Shown here: positions 17,066 to 20,000 of the stretch, piece after piece | How positions within the stretch are numbered: position 1 is the first letter of the stretch | Layout: the number at the start of each line of letters is the position of its first letter | Source of the DNA: an uncultured virus (IMG/VR IMGVR_UViG_3300016476_000523) | Taxonomy: Duplodnaviria; Heunggongvirae; Uroviricota; Caudoviricetes | Length of the DNA: 20,000 nt | Direction: 5' to 3' (one strand) | IMG/VR virus record: IMGVR_UViG_3300016476_000523 | Coordinates: 55,588 to 75,587 of that record | The notes under the pieces: model-generated | What the model was told of the DNA's origin: nothing | What the model saw: the letters and a program-made list of their open reading frames with translations, nothing else | Databases searched by the model: none | Translations under genes and position numbers: made by a program

Positions 17066-17524
17066 ATGATTATTATTTCTCCATATGCACAAAAACTTAG
17101 AAATGGTAAAATCAATCCAAAGAACTATCCATATTGGCAAGAGTTAGTAGAACAACTGTACAAGAACAAATATGAAGTAGTCCAAGTTGGTGTAGAAGGT
17201 GAAGATCAACTAGTACCAGATTTTAGAAAAAACTTACCATTAGCTGAACTAGCAAAATTAGTAAATGAATGCGATACTTGGATATCAGTTGATAGTTTCT
17301 TTCAGCATTTTTGTTGGGACTTAAAAAAGCCTGGCATTGTATTGTGGGCGCAATCTAATCCCGAAATATTCGGACACCCAGAAAATATAAACTTACTAAA
17401 AGACAAGAAATATTTAAGACCATATCAGTTTCATTTATGGGAACAGTGTGACTATAACAAAGAAGCTTTCGTGGAGCCCGATCAAGTGATAAAGTATATA
17501 CACGATCTTTTAAAAGATAAGTAG
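17066..17524 (+). CDS. GT9-like C-terminal (donor-binding) lobe encoded as a stand-alone protein
   Basis: IIISPYA.......PKNYPYWQELV..L......VVQVG, L.LAELAKLVNECDTWISVDSFFQH......KPGIVLW....P..FG. Confidence 0.75.
   Translation: MIIISPYAQKLRNGKINPKNYPYWQELVEQLYKNKYEVVQVGVEGEDQLVPDFRKNLPLAELAKLVNECDTWISVDSFFQHFCWDLKKPGIVLWAQSNPEIFGHPENINLLKDKKYLRPYQFHLWEQCDYNKEAFVEPDQVIKYIHDLLKDK
17517..17523 (+). promoter_or_regulatory. Possible late-promoter variant (ATAAGTA)
   Basis: TAAGTA at 17518-17523 ends 7 nt before ATG17531, with no SD. Same geometry as the motif before 7897. Confidence 0.3.
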
Positions 17525-17530
17525 TATACC

Positions 17531-17974
17531 ATGAACGAATTTCAATTTGATTTTTACTCTAGACTTAGAGCCTGGACTAGCCTCAGAGAAACACTAAAAG
17601 ACCAAAATATTGAAACACAGTGTATAGAAATAGATAGATTTTGGCAACAAAGTCCAATGTCTAATCATTACTTGCATCCAGCCGATATAAAAACTTGGCC
17701 AGACCCTTGGCAACTAATAGACGATAATATCTACTGCCCATATGCTAGAGCATTAGGTATGATATACACTCTTTCTTTACTGGGTATTCAAGATATTGAC
17801 TTAGTAAGTGCTACTGACTATAATAGCGTAGATGTGGTATTAGTCTTAGTTGACAGCGCAAAATATGTTCTTAATTACTGGCCTAACACAGTAGTAAATA
17901 ATAAACTCAGCGACTTCACCGTAGTTAGATACTACGATATAACACCCATTATTCAGAAAGTAGGATCATTATGA
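17531..17974 (+). CDS. Hypothetical protein, possibly with a transglutaminase-like (BTLCP) fold
   Basis: 147 aa, ATGA-coupled to nrdA. WPDPWQLIDDNIYCPYARALGMIYTLSLLG loosely resembles the BTLCP catalytic-Cys segment. Confidence 0.6.
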   Translation: MNEFQFDFYSRLRAWTSLRETLKDQNIETQCIEIDRFWQQSPMSNHYLHPADIKTWPDPWQLIDDNIYCPYARALGMIYTLSLLGIQDIDLVSATDYNSVDVVLVLVDSAKYVLNYWPNTVVNNKLSDFTVVRYYDITPIIQKVGSL

Positions 17975-20000
17975 AGATTTATGTCACAAAAAGATCAGGA
18001 AACCGAGAGCCTCTTACCATTGAAAAATGGCAATCACAAGTAGCTACGATATGCAAGGGAATAGCAGATGTAAGTCAATCAATGATTGAAATCAAAGCAC
18101 AACCCCATTTCTTCGACGGTATTACAACAAAAGAAATTGATGAAATTACCCTAAGAGCTATTGTAGATTTGATTGATGTTGAACACAACCCAGATGTTGG
18201 TCATACAAATTATCAATATGTTGCAGGTAAGCAGCGTTTATCCATGCTTAGAAAAGATGTATATGGCCAATTTCAACCACCGCATCTTTACGAAATAGTA
18301 AAAAAGAATGTAGCAATTGGATTGTATACTAAAGAACTATTAGAATGGTATACTGAAGAAGATTGGAACAAAATGAATGATCTTATTGATCATGAAAAAG
18401 ACGAACAGTACAGCTATGCCGCCATTGAGCAACTGATTGAAAAATACTTAGTAAAAAATCGCGCAACAAAAGAAATTTATGAAACACCTCAAGTGAGATA
18501 CATGATTGCAGCCGCAACTGTATTTCATAAAGAAGAACCTAACTCTGCTAGGATGCGTTATATCAAAGAATATTACGCTGCCGCCAGCGATGGATTATTT
18601 ACCTTAGCAACTCCTGTTTTAGCAGGATTAGGCACACCTACAAAACAATTTAGTTCTTGTGTACTAATTAGAACAGACGATGATCTTGACAGCATTTTTG
18701 CGTCAGGCGAAATGATGGCCAAGTACGCAGCTAAACGCGCTGGTATTGGTTTAGAAGTTGGTAGAATGCGACCGCTGGGCTCTCCTATCAGAGGCGGCGA
18801 AGTGATGCACACTGGTATGATTCCATTCTTGAAAAAATGGTTTGGTGATCTACGCAGTTGTTCGCAAGGTGGAATCAGAAACGCATCAGCAACTATCACA
18901 TATCCTATTTGGCACTATCAGTTTGACGATCTTATCGTACTTAAAAATAATCAAGGTACAGAAGAAACTCGTGTAAGACACATGGACTATAATGTAGTCT
19001 TGTCAGCATTCTTTTGGCGCCGTTTCAAGAACAAAGAAAACATTACCTTCTTTGATCCAAATGAAGTACCTGATCTTTATGAAGCTTTCTACAGCGATAC
19101 AGCAAAGTTTGAAGAACTGTATGTGAAGTATGAAAAGCGTAAAGATTTGCGTAAGAAAACAATGAACGCAGAAGATGTATTCAAAGGCGGTATCTTAAAA
19201 GAGCGCACAGATACTGGTAGAATTTATCTAACCTTTATTGATAATGTTCAGAATCAAGGCCCGTTTGATACTCAATATCATACGATTTATCAAAGCAATC
19301 TTTGCCAAGAAATCTTGTTACCAACTAAACCATTCAAGCGTTTAGATGATGATAAGGGTCGAATTGCTTTGTGTACTCTTGGATCTATAAATTGGGGAGC
19401 ATTTAGAAACCCAGAAGATATGCGTAGAGCATGTAGAATCTTACAGCGCAGCCTGTGTAACATTCTTGACTATCAGGACTTTTTGTCTATTCAGTCAAAA
19501 TTGAGCAATGATGAAATTCAACCACTTGGTATTGGTGTCACTAACTTAGCATATTGGCACGCAAAGCGTAGTTTACAATATGGTGAACAAGACGCACTTA
19601 ATGAAGTTAAGTCTTGGATGGAGCATCAAGCATTTTATCTAACTGAAGCTACGGTAGAGCTAGCCAAAGAACGAGGCAAGTGCTTAGACAGTGATAAAAC
19701 TTGGTACGGTAAAGGCATCTTCCCGTGGGAACGCAGAGCTAAAGGTGTAAACGATTTAACTGACTTTACTCCCGAACTAGATTGGGAATCACTACGCGAA
19801 CAAATGAAAACATATGGTGTAAGAAATGCTACACTAATGGCAATCGCGCCTGTTGAAAGTTCTTCTGTAGTAATCAATTCTACTAATGGTATTGAAATGC
19901 CTATGAGTTTGATTACAGTAAAAGAATCTAAAGCTGGTAGTTTTACCCAAGTAGTTCCAGAGTATCATCGCTTAAAGAACAAGTATCAGTTGATGTGGGA
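17971..20000 (+). CDS. nrdA: Ribonucleoside-diphosphate reductase class Ia alpha subunit with N-terminal ATP cone (3'-truncated; absent from the ORF track)
   Basis: Hand translation from ATG17971 is open to the window end: MKIYVTKRSG (ATP cone), YETPQ, TPVLAG, QFSSCVLI, AGIG, SCSQGGIR, ERTDTGRIY, QSNLCQEI at 19291 (catalytic N-x-C-x-E), IALCTL, LGIGVTNLA, RNATLMAIAPVESSS..NSTNGIE. Confidence 0.97.
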   Translation, partial: MKIYVTKRSGNREPLTIEKWQSQVATICKGIADVSQSMIEIKAQPHFFDGITTKEIDEITLRAIVDLIDVEHNPDVGHTNYQYVAGKQRLSMLRKDVYGQFQPPHLYEIVKKNVAIGLYTKELLEWYTEEDWNKMNDLIDHEKDEQYSYAAIEQLIEKYLVKNRATKEIYETPQVRYMIAAATVFHKEEPNSARMRYIKEYYAAASDGLFTLATPVLAGLGTPTKQFSSCVLIRTDDDLDSIFASGEMMAKYAAKRAGIGLEVGRMRPLGSPIRGGEVMHTGMIPFLKKWFGDLRSCSQGGIRNASATITYPIWHYQFDDLIVLKNNQGTEETRVRHMDYNVVLSAFFWRRFKNKENITFFDPNEVPDLYEAFYSDTAKFEELYVKYEKRKDLRKKTMNAEDVFKGGILKERTDTGRIYLTFIDNVQNQGPFDTQYHTIYQSNLCQEILLPTKPFKRLDDDKGRIALCTLGSINWGAFRNPEDMRRACRILQRSLCNILDYQDFLSIQSKLSNDEIQPLGIGVTNLAYWHAKRSLQYGEQDALNEVKSWMEHQAFYLTEATVELAKERGKCLDSDKTWYGKGIFPWERRAKGVNDLTDFTPELDWESLREQMKTYGVRNATLMAIAPVESSSVVINSTNGIEMPMSLITVKESKAGSFTQVVPEYHRLKNKYQLMW

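Noticed and set aside
7897..17524. Bacterial LPS/capsule locus or DNA hypermodification cluster
   Set aside because: There are no wzx/wzy/ABC or membrane genes, and the flanks are phage tail genes and nrdA. No base hydroxymethylase or nucleotide kinase is nearby. DNA or host-surface targets are not strictly excluded.
1479..19877. Short minus-strand and nested ORFs from the track (e.g. 1988-2305, 5012-5467, 18573-18899, 19635-19877)
   Set aside because: All lie opposite or inside well-supported + strand genes and show no motifs.
17971..20000. Intron, intein or homing endonuclease in nrdA
   Set aside because: Hand translation is continuous and motif spacing matches class Ia NrdA (catalytic Cys at about residue 445). 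No insertion is visible within the window.
1..20000. Stop-codon reassignment (alternative genetic code)
   Set aside because: The standard code gives full-length, tightly packed genes, and TAA, TGA and TAG all occur at gene ends followed closely by the next start.

Overview
AT-rich, gene-dense window with every real gene on the + strand. It looks like part of a large tailed-phage genome (inference from tail-fibre genes, T4-late-promoter-like TAAATA motifs and a class Ia nrdA). There are three blocks. (1) 1-7861, virion adhesion/tail module: the C-terminal end of a fibre gene, two tandem LamG/ConA-lectin paralogues (the second carries pentraxin Ca2+-site motifs), a 1255-aa fibre, a putative beta-propeller protein and a tail-fibre-assembly-like protein. 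The fibre has 76 uninterrupted Gly-X-Y triplets (63 with Ser at Y), about 40 Cys-rich 17-aa repeats and a C-terminal S74-type chaperone. (2) 7897-17524, an 11-gene glycan-building cluster: five GT2/GT-A-type proteins (two fused to SAM methyltransferases), one intact GT9-like enzyme and one apparently split one, a sulfotransferase, an NAD-dependent epimerase, an NDP-sugar C-methyltransferase and one small hypothetical. (3) 17531-end: a hypothetical protein and nrdA, which runs off the window and is missing from the ORF track. The main hypothesis is a phage-encoded system that decorates its own Gly-X-Ser collagen-like/Cys-rich fibre with a methylated, sulfated glycan. All family calls come from motif recognition by eye; no database searches were run.
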